Positions 13,960 to 28,684 of a stretch of DNA of 64,000 nucleotides are shown here, in pieces. Source of the DNA: Eledone cirrhosa (taxonomy: Eukaryota); the NCBI GenBank assembly GCA_964016885.1, contig OZ024746.1, positions 83,142,001 through 83,206,000 of the forward strand, in the 5' to 3' direction. The stretch's first letter is position 1. Every line of letters begins with the position of its first letter. The notes under the pieces are model-generated. The model had not been told where the DNA came from. It was given only the letters and a program-made list of their open reading frames with translations, and searched no databases. A program made the translations under genes and the position numbers.

Positions 13960-14375
13960 AACAGTAAAACACATCGCTTTCAACATATCCTTGACTACAA
14001 TCTTGACGTAAAAGACGAAGGTGTATTGTCTATTTCGTTTCTTCGTGTTTTGTACACTAAAACACGAAGAAACGACAGTAGTTTAATGGACCTACATTGA
14101 GGGGTCTGTTCTATCCTTGATAATGTGTCTCGAGTTACGAAACTTAGATCTTGTGCGGCGATTATGAAGACCCCCCCACCCTTCCCACGTACTTGCATTC
14201 AGCCCATTGCTCCTTAGCCCTTAATATATCTTCAGTTGGTCCATGTCTACCTCGCACATATTTTTTAAAGTACTTCTCGCTCATTACCTTCTTCTAATAG
14301 AAGACAAATACATAACGAAAATCCCACGACTTACAAATATGCACAATATACAAAAAGTAGCATTAGTAGGTATTT
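13960..14375. mobile_element. Degenerate, internally inverted R4/Dong-like remnant
   Basis: Minus strand ~14260 to 13960 reads DQLKIY*GLRSNGL...FIIAAQDLSFVTR...PQCR...IVVKD. Plus strand ~14300-14372 reads DKYITKIPRLTNMHNIQKVALVG, the C-terminal motif equivalent to LQKACLLG of the 8.5-kb element. Confidence 0.6.
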
Positions 14376-14554
14376 TCTTCTTCTTCTTCTTCTTCTTTTT
14401 CTTCTTCTTCTTCTTCTTCTTCTTCTTCTTCTTCTTCTTCTTCTTCTTCTTCTTCTTCTTCTTCTTCTTCTTCTTCTTCTTCTTCTTCTTCTTCTTCCTC
14501 TTCTGTGTCTTTTATTTAAAACAAACCACTATCTCCTCCTCCTGTCAACTCCCT

Positions 14555-14731
14555 CAGTATCGGTAGAGGGTCGGACGCCATGCTTTGACGCATAGAGTTA
14601 CGGCCCTTGCCATTCTGAGTTCAAATCCCGCCGAGGTTAACTTTGCCTTTCATCCTTATGAGGTCGATAAAATAAAGTACCAGTAATACACTGGGTAATT
14701 GCTGGCCTTGTGCCAAAAGTAGAAACAATTA
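14555..14731 (+). mobile_element. SINE family A
   Basis: Runs cagtatcggtagagggtcggacgccatgc ... gtagaaacaatt. Confidence 0.85.
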
Positions 14732-14789
14732 TCTCACCTTTCTCTTTCTACCGAGCAACACTATATTATAATTGTTCAACAGATTCGAT

Positions 14790-15437
14790 GACTGCATGTC
14801 TCCCTGACTGTATGTCAGTCTGACTGTCTGACTGTATGTCTGTCTGTCTGACTGTATGTCTCCCTGACTGTATGTCAGTCTGACTGTCTGTATGTCTGCC
14901 TGTCTGACTGTATGTCTGTCTTACTGTATGTTTGTCTGACTGTATATCTCCCTGACTGTATGTCTGCCTGACTGTATGTCTGTCTGATGTCTGTTTGTCT
15001 GATGTATGTCTGTATGACCGTATGTCTGACTGACTGTATGTATGACTGTTTGTCTGACTGACTGTATGACTGTACGTCTGTCTAACTGTATGTCTGTATG
15101 ACTGTATGTCTGTATGACTGTCTGTATGACTGTATGTCTGACTGTATGTCTGACTGTCTGTCTGTATGACTGTATGTCTGACTGTTTGACTGTCTGACTG
15201 TCTGTCTGACTGTATGTCTGACTGTTTGACTGTCTGACTGTATGTCTGACTGTTTGACTGTCTGACTGTATGTCTGACTGTTTGACTGTCTGACTGTATG
15301 TTTGACTGTCTGACTGTATGTTTGACTGTCTGACTGTATGTCTGTCTGACTGTATGTCTGACTGTTTGACTGTCTGACTGTATGTTTGACTGTCTGACTG
15401 TATGTTTGACTGTCTGACTGTATGTCTGTCTGACTAT
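14790..15437. repeat. Cryptic TGAC/TGTC/TGTA tetranucleotide-derived minisatellite
   Basis: Variants of ctgactgtatgt are repeated over ~650 bp. Confidence 0.9.
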
Positions 15438-15759
15438 GTTTATATTTGTTTGAACATCAGATCACACTGGACCGGTCACCTTTATTCAACAATCTGGCGG
15501 CGATGATGATGATGATGATGGTGATGATGAGTAGGGGAGGAGGAGGAGGAAGATAGTGGTGAGGGGTGGGGAAATGAAGGTGGTGCTGGTCGTGGTGGTG
15601 GTGGTGGTGGTGGTGGTGGTGGTGGTGGTGGCGGCGGCGGTGGTGACGACGAGGACGGCAGCTGCGATGTTGTTGGCGGAGACGATGACGGTGGTGATGG
15701 TGAGGAGGAGGCCAATGGGGGAGCTGGGGGAGGGGATGAACGAAGAAGACGGAGGAGAG

Positions 15760-15787
15760 AAAGAAGAAGAAGAAGAAGAAGAAGAAG

Positions 15788-15819
<32 letters not shown>

Positions 15820-16006
15820 GAAGAAGAAGAAGAAGAAGAAGAAGAAGAAGAAGAAGAAGACGAAGAAGAAGACGAAGAAGAAGAAGAAGAAGAAGTAGAA
15901 GAAGAAGAAGAAGAAGAAGAAGAAGAAGAAGAAGAAGAAGAAGACGAAGAAGAAGACGAAGAAGAAGAAGAAGAAGAAGAAGAAGAAGAAGAAGAAGAAG
16001 AAGAAG

Positions 16007-16038
<32 letters not shown>

Positions 16039-16273
16039 GAAGAAGAAGAAGAAGAAGAAGAAGAAGAAGAAGAAGAAGAAGAAGAAGAAGAAGAAGAAGA
16101 CGAAGAAGAAGACGAAGAAGAAGAAGAAGTAGAAGAAGAAGACGAAGAAGAAGACGAAGAAGAAGAAGAAGAAGAAGAAGAAGACGAAGAAGAAGACGAA
16201 GAAGAAGAAGAAGAAGAAGACGAAGAAGAAGAAGAAGAAGAAGAAGAAGAAGAAGAAGAAGAAGAAGAAGAAG

Positions 16274-16307
<34 letters not shown>

Positions 16308-16333
16308 TCATCATCATCATCATCATCATCATC
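15760..16333. repeat. (GAA)n with GAC/GTA interruptions, then (CAA)n(CAT)n
   Basis: Read directly. Other (GAA/TTC)n tracts at 12268-12359, 14375-14497 and 62838-62923. Confidence 0.95.
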
Positions 16334-16682
16334 GACAAGACTAACAACGACAACTAAAACAACAAAGAGAAGTATTAGAAAAATGAAAGTAATCAGAAAA
16401 AAAAGTTAAGAAAAAGGTGAATTCAAAAAAGCGAAACGAAAAAGCAACACAAAAATCAAACAAACTTACAATAAAATAACATTTAAATCAAAGTGGAAAT
16501 TTATTTCTTATTTCAATGATTGAATTTATTTATTTGATTACTAGACGTCTTTTTGGTTTTGTTTGGTTTTTCGAGATAAAATGAAATCACTTTGCTAAAT
16601 TAATTACATTCCAAATGAAATTACTTTGAACAGAGCTAACTACTTAACGAGCTGCCATTCATAATGGGGCCAACAGTTCATA

Positions 16683-17900
<1,218 letters not shown>

Positions 17901-18789
17901 ACACAAACTCAACAATTTCAATTGATGAAAACCATACAAACCTCGGCTGTAATGATTATAGCCTGATACAGGGATCATTAATGACTATCTGTATAGTTTA
18001 TTTCCTTAACAACGGTATATGGCCTGTCTTTTAGTGGAATATTGAACACAGAATTAATTGACAATACTTCTTACCATAATATAATCTTGGAATTTCTACT
18101 GGAAACTAGTTGTCACGCGCGCTTTCACTAATAATGGCAATAACGTTGAACGTATTTAATTTTTGTAGTGCAGTGACACTAGGCTATTTATAATATATAG
18201 ACCGGTATCTTCCGATTCCAAGCTCAAATTCCACTGATCCCCTCTTTATCTCCCTTTATTACTGGTGAACTCTGAGTACAAACAATTAATATAAAGATAT
18301 AAAATGAATGTGGGGACAATAGATGCGCTTCAGACCATCATGTCATAAGTTTCAATTGTTATTACAGTCATTGTGCTGTCAATATTGTTGCCGAAATGTG
18401 ATTATTTCTTACTTCATGGTTCATTGATTTCTCTATTGCCTGGCTCTAAGATGATTTGTTGTTCAAGGTCAATGACTATGCAACGCCGAGTGCCAAGTTA
18501 AAGGCGCACCTCACCTTACCTCATCACCGACCTTCTTCCATAGTGTGATTAGCCTTACAGTAGGGACAACAAAGAAGAAACGAAGAGGTCAGAACTACAA
18601 AGATCAAAGAAGAGGAATTTGAATCAGCGGTCATTAATTTGTATGACTACCAGCGACCTATATTGCTTGGGTCTACCACAGATTACTTATAACAGTTGGT
18701 AAGTTGGTACTGCTATATAGGTACATACATACATATATATACATATATATACATACATACATACATACATACATACATACATACATACA

Positions 18790-18874
<85 letters not shown>

Positions 18875-19101
18875 ATATATATGTATGTATGTATGTATGT
18901 ATATATATATATATACATATATATATACATATATATATATTGTTGTATTTGGGGAGGGTCATATTGTTATAATATTGCCAGAAATAATAATAAACACACA
19001 CTGTTTGGTTTGGATTGGTTTTTGGCTTCTGTATCTTTTATATCTCCATAGTTAATTTATCTGGCAGTCAATGTTTATCATTTTCTGTTTTATATATACA
19101 C

Positions 19102-19239
<138 letters not shown>

Positions 19240-19639
19240 TAGAGATTTCTTTTATTGATGTTTCACTAATAAATATACCTTTGAAGAAACAAGGAAGTAT
19301 TTTGATAAACAGTGATAATGCAGCAAAATATATACATGTGATATTAACTCTATTACAAAAGATGTCAATGCGGTAAAACACTAGAGAGTTGTACATCTCC
19401 AAGAGCTTGGTGTAACTTCATGGACAGTGTATAGTATTGATAAATAACGAGAGAAAACAACAGCATTTTTTTCTGATACAAAACATTTAAAATATATTAA
19501 CAAAAGTGGACGTGGTTCTTATGCAGTGATGGCAGCAGTTTCGTGGTGCCGGTGGAAACATTTCTAGATTCATGGTCAATAAACAATGCACAACTTAATT
19601 TTCAGGAACACATTGAATATTCAGAGACAATAACGAAGT

Positions 19640-20180
19640 CAATTATTCCTAATCTTTTCTATTCTGTGCTGGATGTTCGTGTTAAGAGAGGGGCTGAGCT
19701 CTCAACTGATCACCATCTAGTTATCTGCAGCTTGAGACTACCTAAAGCCAAAGAAACCCACAAAACTGGATTGTCCGGGGTGACGTACAGGAGAAAGTGC
19801 GAAGCGTTGGTAGATAATGAAGTCAGTACTACTTATGCAGATACTATTGCATATATTGCTGCATCCAAATTCAGAGAACTCTTCAGATCAGCAAATAAAG
19901 TGTTCTGGTAGAACATCTGCCGACTTCTTAATAGAAAGTCGTCCCCCACACCTGCTATCAAGAATGTATCTTTAGAGAGGTGCATCCTCGCGAGGTGGAG
20001 AGAATATTTTGCAGATCTCCTAAACCAGATAACAACAGCATCTTCTGATGTACATGAAGTGCATCTGGGAGCGGTGATTAATCTCCCAAAGGCTGAGGTA
20101 ACAAGGGCAGTCAAATAGCTCAAATGTGGTCAAGCCACTGGGGGAATTGAAATCCAGCCCTAGATGTTAAAAGCCTTAGA
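19640..20180 (+). mobile_element. Degenerate RTE-clade (Rex3/Expander-like) LINE fragment: end of APE endonuclease and linker
   Basis: VLDVRVKRGAELSTDHHLV, then ILARWREYFADLLN and AEVTRAVK*LKCGQATGGIEIQP*MLKAL across frameshifts and stops. Confidence 0.8.
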
Positions 20181-20502
20181 AGTAAATACAAATATAAAAC
20201 TCGATTACCGTAAAGTTTATCATCTCCACCACCCTGTCACTCTCTCTCTCTTACTCTCACTATCTTTCACGGGCACTCTCTCTTCCTTACTCTCTCTCTC
20301 TCGACCCTCTCTTTCTCTATCTCTCCCTCTGTCTCTCTCTCCCTCTCTCTTTTGTCCTCTCTTCCCGCATTTTAATATAGACGTGAAGCTATCTTACCAC
20401 CACCACTAGTTTGAAAAATGTCCACAGGAACGAAACGCCTAGCCCTTAAGTCACTGATGTAGCATCACAGGTACAATGTATAACACACACGTATGTATGT
20501 AC

Positions 20503-20533
<31 letters not shown>

Positions 20534-20796
20534 TGTATGTATGTATGTATGTATGTATGTATGTATGTATGAATGTATGTATGTATGTATGGACTCTTTC
20601 AAAGCTTATTTCACGTACCTCGCTTTATTACTTATACAGCTATAGACTAGACCATCAACGAAATATAGTTTTAACAAATGTGCTTTCATGTATTCCAATG
20701 ACATCTGTCAGGTCAGGACGAAAATCTAAAATTGCATAAATAGATACCCCGCACATACACACAGACACACCTACATACGCATACACACGCATAGAA

Positions 20797-20833
<37 letters not shown>

Positions 20834-20919
20834 AACACAAATCAAACAAGCAAGAAAAACAAGCAATTGCTCAAAACTACCACAAAAACAGCCCCCACTT
20901 CACACACATACATATATAT

Positions 20920-20989
<70 letters not shown>

Positions 20990-21033
20990 GTGTAAGCATA
21001 TATATACATACACATATACATATACATATATAC

Positions 21034-21164
<131 letters not shown>

Positions 21165-21850
21165 GGTGGATGTAGAACAACTCAAGTCTATTATGATTAT
21201 TGTAACACTTGTATATTTATTTATTATCATTTCTTTATATATTTGCTTTTCTTTTGTTGTTTCTTTTATGTTTTTAATTTTACTATTTTTTTACCCTCTT
21301 ATATTTTTCTTTGATTTTTTTTCCCTCTGTGAGGGGGTAGGGTGTTATTCTTATCCCACTTTCCAGTTTATCAATTTTCTCCCCCACTACTGGTGACAAG
21401 AGCGCCACCTTTTTTCAGGTCACTTGACTTGGATCGCTGATGACACAGTCGACTGCATTTCAATCTTGCCTGATGATGCTGGATGTAGTAAAAACTTTAC
21501 GGTAGAAAGACGAGCGGGTGGAAAAAAAGAGAAGGCGGTTGTGTCAGTAGTGCCGGTTGTGATAATGCTACATGTGTCCAGATGGGGGTGAATATTAGTC
21601 GAGTGTTATTGCTCAATAGAGCTCCACTATAATAACTACAACTACATCAATAAACTCTGATTACCATATAATATCTGACAATGACAGTGTATCACATTGG
21701 CCTCAACTTCGTTTCTAGACAACATTTTATATTATTTTTATTGATATGTTATGTATGCTTTTTTTTGCTTATTTCTCTATAGGTGTATGCGTATGTTTAT
21801 GTATGCATATATGTGTGTGTGTGTCTGACGATACACACACACACACACAC

Positions 21851-21937
<87 letters not shown>

Positions 21938-21943
21938 TATATA

Positions 21944-22019
21944 CAGGGTGTCCCAAAAAATGTATACACATATTTATTAGAATGCTGTTGAAGTGTGTAT
22001 ACATTTTTGAGACACCCAG
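21944..22019. mobile_element. 76-bp Tc1/mariner-type MITE
   Basis: TA-CAGGGTGTCCCAAAAAATGTATACACA ... TGTGTATACATTTTTGAGACACCCAG-TA, with ~26-bp TIRs and TA flanks, inside a (TA)n tract. Confidence 0.8.
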
Positions 22020-22124
22020 TATATATACATATATATGCTTTATATTCACAATATATATATATATACATAATATTTGTGTATGCATGTATGAATGTATATA
22101 TGCATATATGTGTGTATATATATA

Positions 22125-22165
<41 letters not shown>

Positions 22166-22956
22166 GTGTGTGTGTATGTATGTATGTATGTATTTATGTA
22201 TGTATGTACGTATGTATGTATGTATACACCATATAATTTTATTTCATTTAAAAGTCACTCATACAGGACTAATACTGTTTCATTCGGCGAGGAATTAATC
22301 AGAGAAGCCCAGTCTTTCCTGATGATTTTCTTAAGGTATAGAACAGTACTAAAACAAATAAAATTAAGTGCTCCCTCTATTGAATACCGAACATTAATTG
22401 TGGTCCGCTTCCGGTCTTTAAAGGAATTTCATTTTATTATAGGTGTGTATGTGTGCGCTCGCGCGCGTTTGTGTGTGTGAGAATAAGAGGTAAGGTGAAA
22501 ATGCCGGAGGGAATATCTACATAGAAATAGTCACACAGGCTGTTTATAACACGAAGGAAAAAATGTTCAATCAACTGTAACTATCCTTGCAATTTCAAGA
22601 TCGAAACGTCCTTTTGAGTCAGAGGGAAAATTTCTTGTTTCATGGGATCAAATTCCAAGCGTGATGGCTTTTGTTTTTCATTGGTTCAATACTTTAGATG
22701 CACACATAAATATTAGATTATCATAGAATACGGTATTTTGTTTATTTAAATCTAACGAAGACCATCCTCTCGTCAGGTCTGAACACAGCCGATTTCTTCC
22801 TGAGAAGAAGATATAGTGTTAGAAAGGGAAAAGTGAAAAGGTTATATAAACTCAGCTGAATTTGAACTCAGAGTGTGGAGAATTCTATTCGACGTTTTAA
22901 CGACTCTGTCTATTCGCCGCCTACACGCACGTATACACCTGTATAGAAAACATATG

Positions 22957-23645
22957 TACGAGGTGATGTCAGAAAGTACTTGAACCCAGCATCAAAATAT
23001 TCATGCCAATATCCCTGTAAGTAATGTACTTCATAAATTACTTATATTCGGCCATGATGTTCTTTGAAACATAGCTATCCCAATGAGTTCCCACCACTCC
23101 AAAAGCATCGCTGAAGTCTTCTTCCTGAACGCCTGCGATTCAGTTTGATTTTCATGTACTGACTGGATGCAGTAGCACTTCCACTTCAGTTTCCTGGTCA
23201 AATCACATGGGAATAGTTCAGGCGCCTACACAAAGTCTGAAATGACCGCATTTTTTTTTCTTTGTTAAACCTGCAACTCATATTCAGAATGCTCATTAGA
23301 ATCTCCTGGCAGACTCCATCACTGTTTCTAATCATGAGACAATACTAATAGATTGTTCAATGATGGTCTTCATTGATACGTTCAGGAAATATTTTCCATA
23401 TTTCCTGGCATTTTGCTAATGGTTGGCCGTCCTAGTGAACTGACTCTCGATCAGACTCGAAATGTGTGTGCCACTCTAAAACCGGTTTAACCAGCATCCT
23501 GACGAAATATTTTGAGGGGTCATGATAGTACATAGATTTGTCTAGCTTCAAGAAAAATTAGATGCAGGCACGTTGCTCGAATTTGTCAGCCATCATCAAA
23601 CCCGCAGAAGCATTCTCACACGATATCATAAAACCTGGCGTAATA
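22957..23645 (-). mobile_element. Decayed, internally deleted mariner transposon
   Basis: TA+CGAGGTGATGTCAGAAAGT TIR-like end at 22957. Minus strand has MADKFEQRACI*FFLKL and GRPTISK (N-terminal region) and PELFPCD, similar to SPDLAPCD, near 23200. The second TIR was not found. Confidence 0.7.
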
Positions 23646-24212
23646 ATTGAATGCGAGTAGATGTCATGAAGCTTATTTATAGATTGACGGAGTAGATCAG
23701 CTAGCAATGTATATTTACGGAGTAGATCAGCTAGCAACATATATTTACCACTGCGATTCTGTGTTTTTTTCTCTCTCTCTTACTGTTCCCCCATTCTCTC
23801 TGTTTCTCCCCCTCTGTCATGTCAGTTAACTCTTCCTCACACTTTCACTCACTCACTGTTTCTCTCTCTTCTCTTCATTTCATCCTGTACACCACGAAGG
23901 TTATTTTTCTCTCTCACATAGCCTTCGCTCGTGTCGGGTCTGTCCTAAAAGCGCTCATATATTCACCTAGCTTATGCTAAACAGAATAATTTTTGAAGCT
24001 TGTTTCTTTCCCCTGGTTAGCCTTACTCTTCGTTGTTCTCCTGTCTCACTCGCTTTACGCGTTTTAATTGTCCTAATAACTTATTTTGGTTATTATTGCA
24101 CCGACGTGAGGTATATGATTTTTAATGCAATGAAATATCTATGATCGTCGGTAAATCACTGATGAGGGACTCATTTTATTACATGTTATCCATGTGCTAC
24201 CTGCAGTATTTT

Positions 24213-24299
<87 letters not shown>

Positions 24300-24836
24300 A
24301 CTCGGTCGAGAGCTAAATTCGTTTTGTGCTGTTTTTGCAAATTTTTGCAATAACTATGCTGAATTCACTGGCCAAAATAGGGGTTTTCTCCTCTTAGAAC
24401 CTCACATGTGCTTTCATAACCTGTGAGATTCTGGCGCACGAAGAGCAAAATGCCTGTTGAGAAAGCGATGCCTTGTTCGATCATTATACCAAAAGCTTAT
24501 TTTTTATAAGCAGACAGTATTATTGATTTAGGTGTTGCAGAAACCCAAATATCGGAATATTCCATCTTCCCCGAGGGTCCGGGTAACTATTTCTATCATA
24601 TCTTATTTTGTTTGACCCGTTTAGCTTGTTCGCTTTTTTGGCTAAGGTAGTTAATGGCTTCTTAACCATCGTCTCAGTTTGTATGACCATTTTAACTTCT
24701 GTTCATAGCTCTGGTATCTTCATATCCATGGAGCGCTTGTCTGCACAATACAGAAGTTGCGTTTCGCCAATTTCTACCCGCCGAAATGCGATTCTCGCTA
24801 AATTTGTATTTATATTTATATTTATATTTGTATATG

Positions 24837-24870
<34 letters not shown>

Positions 24871-24873
<3 letters not shown>

Positions 24874-25232
24874 GATCGACTTTCGTCAAATCGGACCGAG
24901 GAAACAATGTTTCCGTTGGTCTTTCCAATTGCTAATACTTTCTATCGGTCGCAACTCCGGGTAGAAGGAGCAACGTGAAATAAAGTGTCTTGCTCAAGGA
25001 CATAACGCATCGCCCGGTCCAGGAATCGAACTCACAACCTCATGATTGCGAATCCAGTTCTCTAACCACTCAGCCACACGCCTTCATGAGTTCGATTCGT
25101 GAACCGGGCGATGCGTTATGTCCTTGGGCAAGACACTTTATTTCACGTTGTTACTTCTACCTGGAGTTGCGACCGATAGATAGTACTAGCAACTGGAAAG
25201 ACCGACGGAAACATTGTTTCCTCGGTCCGATT
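24871..25232. mobile_element. Head-to-head inverted pair of SINE B (- 24871-25084; + 25086-25232)
   Basis: Both align to 46278-46490; the second copy starts at the B-box. Confidence 0.85.
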
Positions 25233-25243
25233 TATCCTTTTTT

Positions 25244-25460
<217 letters not shown>

Positions 25461-25473
25461 CTATATATATATG

Positions 25474-25529
<56 letters not shown>

Positions 25530-25813
25530 TATATGTGTATAAATATATATATACATACATATAGGTAAATACATATATATATATATGTATAAACAAACAA
25601 ATATGTGCATGCGTGTGTGTATGCATATATATATATATATATATATGTCTGTGTGTGTGTGCATGTGTGAGTATGTGTTTATATTTTTGTGTTTGTATTT
25701 ATTTGTATGCGCGTGTACTTATAGATAGATAACGAGTTAAAATTATACATAATCATATACACATATTTGTGGATATGTATGTATATGTGGTGCTGATTGT
25801 TTGAGTGTATGTG

Positions 25814-25876
<63 letters not shown>

Positions 25877-26401
25877 TATTGTATACGTATATTTTTGGAA
25901 GACATCATTGTCTCGTTGTAAAAAGGAATAAACAGTTATTGATTACGGGGGAAAATATTACAGGGCCTGTTTGTTAACACTGTCTCCAAACTATCAACAA
26001 TTCATTCAAGTTGATTGATTTCGTAATTCTCTCCCCTGCTCTAGCCTAACTGTTCCTTACAACAGCCATACTGCTATAGATCCCTTGGGCCTCCCTATCG
26101 ATGCTCGGCTAGTAGCTAAACAGTCACAGCAAAACAACACCCATTGTTTACGGACATGTTTTTTTAAAATAAAAGTGAAGGGGAGAAAGAACGCCTCATT
26201 GAACATGAAGAATTCTGCACCTTGTGTCGAACCAATTTGTTATTTTCAACTTTTTTTTTCATTTTCTTTACTTTTTATGTTTTTATCTCATTGTATCATT
26301 TCTTTTTTTTTTTTTTTTTTTTTTTGTTCATTTTCAGTCACCATAAAATGTTTGCCTTTCCTATTTTTCAGTCGCCATTAACTATTTGCTAACGTATTCT
26401 C

Positions 26402-26415
26402 TCGCCAGATGGCGC
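26402..26415 (+). promoter_or_regulatory. CTCF-like motif
   Basis: TCGCCAGATGGCGC is close to the CCASYAGRKGGCRS consensus and lies in a TE-poor stretch. Motif match only. Confidence 0.3.
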
Positions 26416-27001
26416 AAAGTTGTAATGTTCTGAATGGAAGCCAAAAAAAGCACGGTTATGATGATTGCGCCGTTGGCATGCATTGCATTATAAATTCATT
26501 ACAGCATGGCCCATTAGATTGACTTCCGTTGCGTTCAGGATGTTTTGTTGTTGCCTTTTATTTGTTTTTCCTTTCTATATTTATTTATTTTCCTGTTTAA
26601 CCCGCCCTCCTTACTACCACTGCATATCCTTGTTTCTTATATATTATTCTTAAACTATTGGGACGAAATCTCTCTGACACATTTTGATTTTATTAAAGCT
26701 GTGATGAAAACTAGATGGGGCTTTATCTATTTTTTATTGTTTTTTCTTTTCTTTTTCATTTTTTTTATATTGGAAAATTTGTAATCTGTCAAAGAAATAA
26801 GTTAACGGATGCTTATTCTTCTTCTATAATTGGTTGTTCTGTATGTTTTGCATTTAAGGTATCGTATTTGAGAGCATACAGAAGAGTGAAAAGGACTGAT
26901 TCAATTCAGGTTTTGTGTCTTTAAGTCCAGTTTGTTTGTAGACCATATGTCTGTTGTTAAAGTCATCCGGAAATGCTATAAAAGAATTGTACCTCCCCAA
27001 A

Positions 27002-27111
<110 letters not shown>

Positions 27112-27114
27112 TAG

Positions 27115-27447
27115 AGGGTGGTGGATTGGCAGTATCGGTAGAGAGCCGGACACCATGCTTTGCAGCATAGAGTTACGTCCCTTTACGTTCTGAGTTCAAA
27201 TTCCGTCGAGGTTTACTTTGCCAAACAGAATCGATAAAATATAGTACCAGTAACGCACTGGGGTCGATTTAATCGACTTTCCCCTCCCAAAAAATTGTTG
27301 GCCTTGTGCCTAAATGAGAAATCATTATTATTATAGAGCAAATCCCGCCGAGGATAAAATAAAGTACCCCTAACGCACGAGGGTCGATTTAATTGTCTTT
27401 CTCCTTCCTTACAAATTGCTGGCTTTGTGCCAAAAGTAGGAACAATA
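27115..27447 (+). mobile_element. SINE family A full copy plus adjacent 3' partial copy
   Basis: Full copy 27115-27331, then aaatcccgccgag...gtgccaaaagtaggaacaat. Confidence 0.8.
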
Positions 27448-27622
27448 GTTATTGTTGTTGTTTTTGTTGTTATTGTAATTGCTAGCATAGTCATCATCAT
27501 CATCATTGTCATGATGATAATTACCACTTCATTATTAACGTACAATTATACTTTTCTATTAGGGTTAATTACTTGACCCTGAATATAAAATAAGGTTTAA
27601 TCCTATGAAGTGACTTATTTAT

Positions 27623-27712
<90 letters not shown>

Positions 27713-28183
27713 GTGTGTATATGTGCATGTGTGTGTGTATATATGTGCGTGTGTGTGTGTGTGTGCATGTGTGCGTGTGTGTGCGCGTGTGTGTGTATAT
27801 GTGCATGTGTGTGTGTATATATGTGTGTGTGTGTGCATGTGTGCGTGTGTGTGCACGTGTGTGTGCGTGCTTAACTATTTTTCTCAAAGTGACTATCCCG
27901 AGTTCCATGCACTTCTTAGAACCACTATTCCCGGAGAAAGTTTATGGATTATCTTAGCTCCGTACCCGAATCAATTCTTTCAACCAGCTGGGTATCGATA
28001 AGATAGCTATTCTCGGTTCCAAACAGTTTTTCCCAACGTTTGAAGTAAATATCACCTCTGTATGTATGTATGTATGTATATATATATATATACATATACA
28101 CACACATACATATATACTTACATTTATATATATATATATACGTATATATGTGTGTGTGTGTATACATATATATATATATATAC

Positions 28184-28255
<72 letters not shown>

Positions 28256-28320
28256 AACATATATATATATATACACATATATATATTTATACACATACAC
28301 ATATATATATAAATATATAG

Positions 28321-28395
<75 letters not shown>

Positions 28396-28645
28396 CATAC
28401 ACACACATATATATATATATATATATACATACACATATATATAGACATACACACACACATATATACATATATATATATATATAGTAATAATAATAAAATT
28501 GAAGACTAAAATCCAAAGAGGGCTCGATAAGTTCTGCGTTTACAGATTGACTTTGTTAGTTTCAGAAGATCCCGTTAAGGGTGAAAGCAGCGATTCTTTG
28601 CTTAAACTTTAATCTGTTATTTTAATAAATATATCTATCTATCTA

Positions 28646-28684
<39 letters not shown>

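Noticed and set aside
15457-16353. Poly-E / poly-F ORFs
   Set aside because: (GAA)n microsatellite.
21400-21415. CTCF half-motif gcgccacct
   Set aside because: The second half does not match.
23686-23748. 31-bp tandem duplication (similar short ones at 7808-7848 and 51277-51306)
   Set aside because: Ordinary slippage duplications with no further structure.
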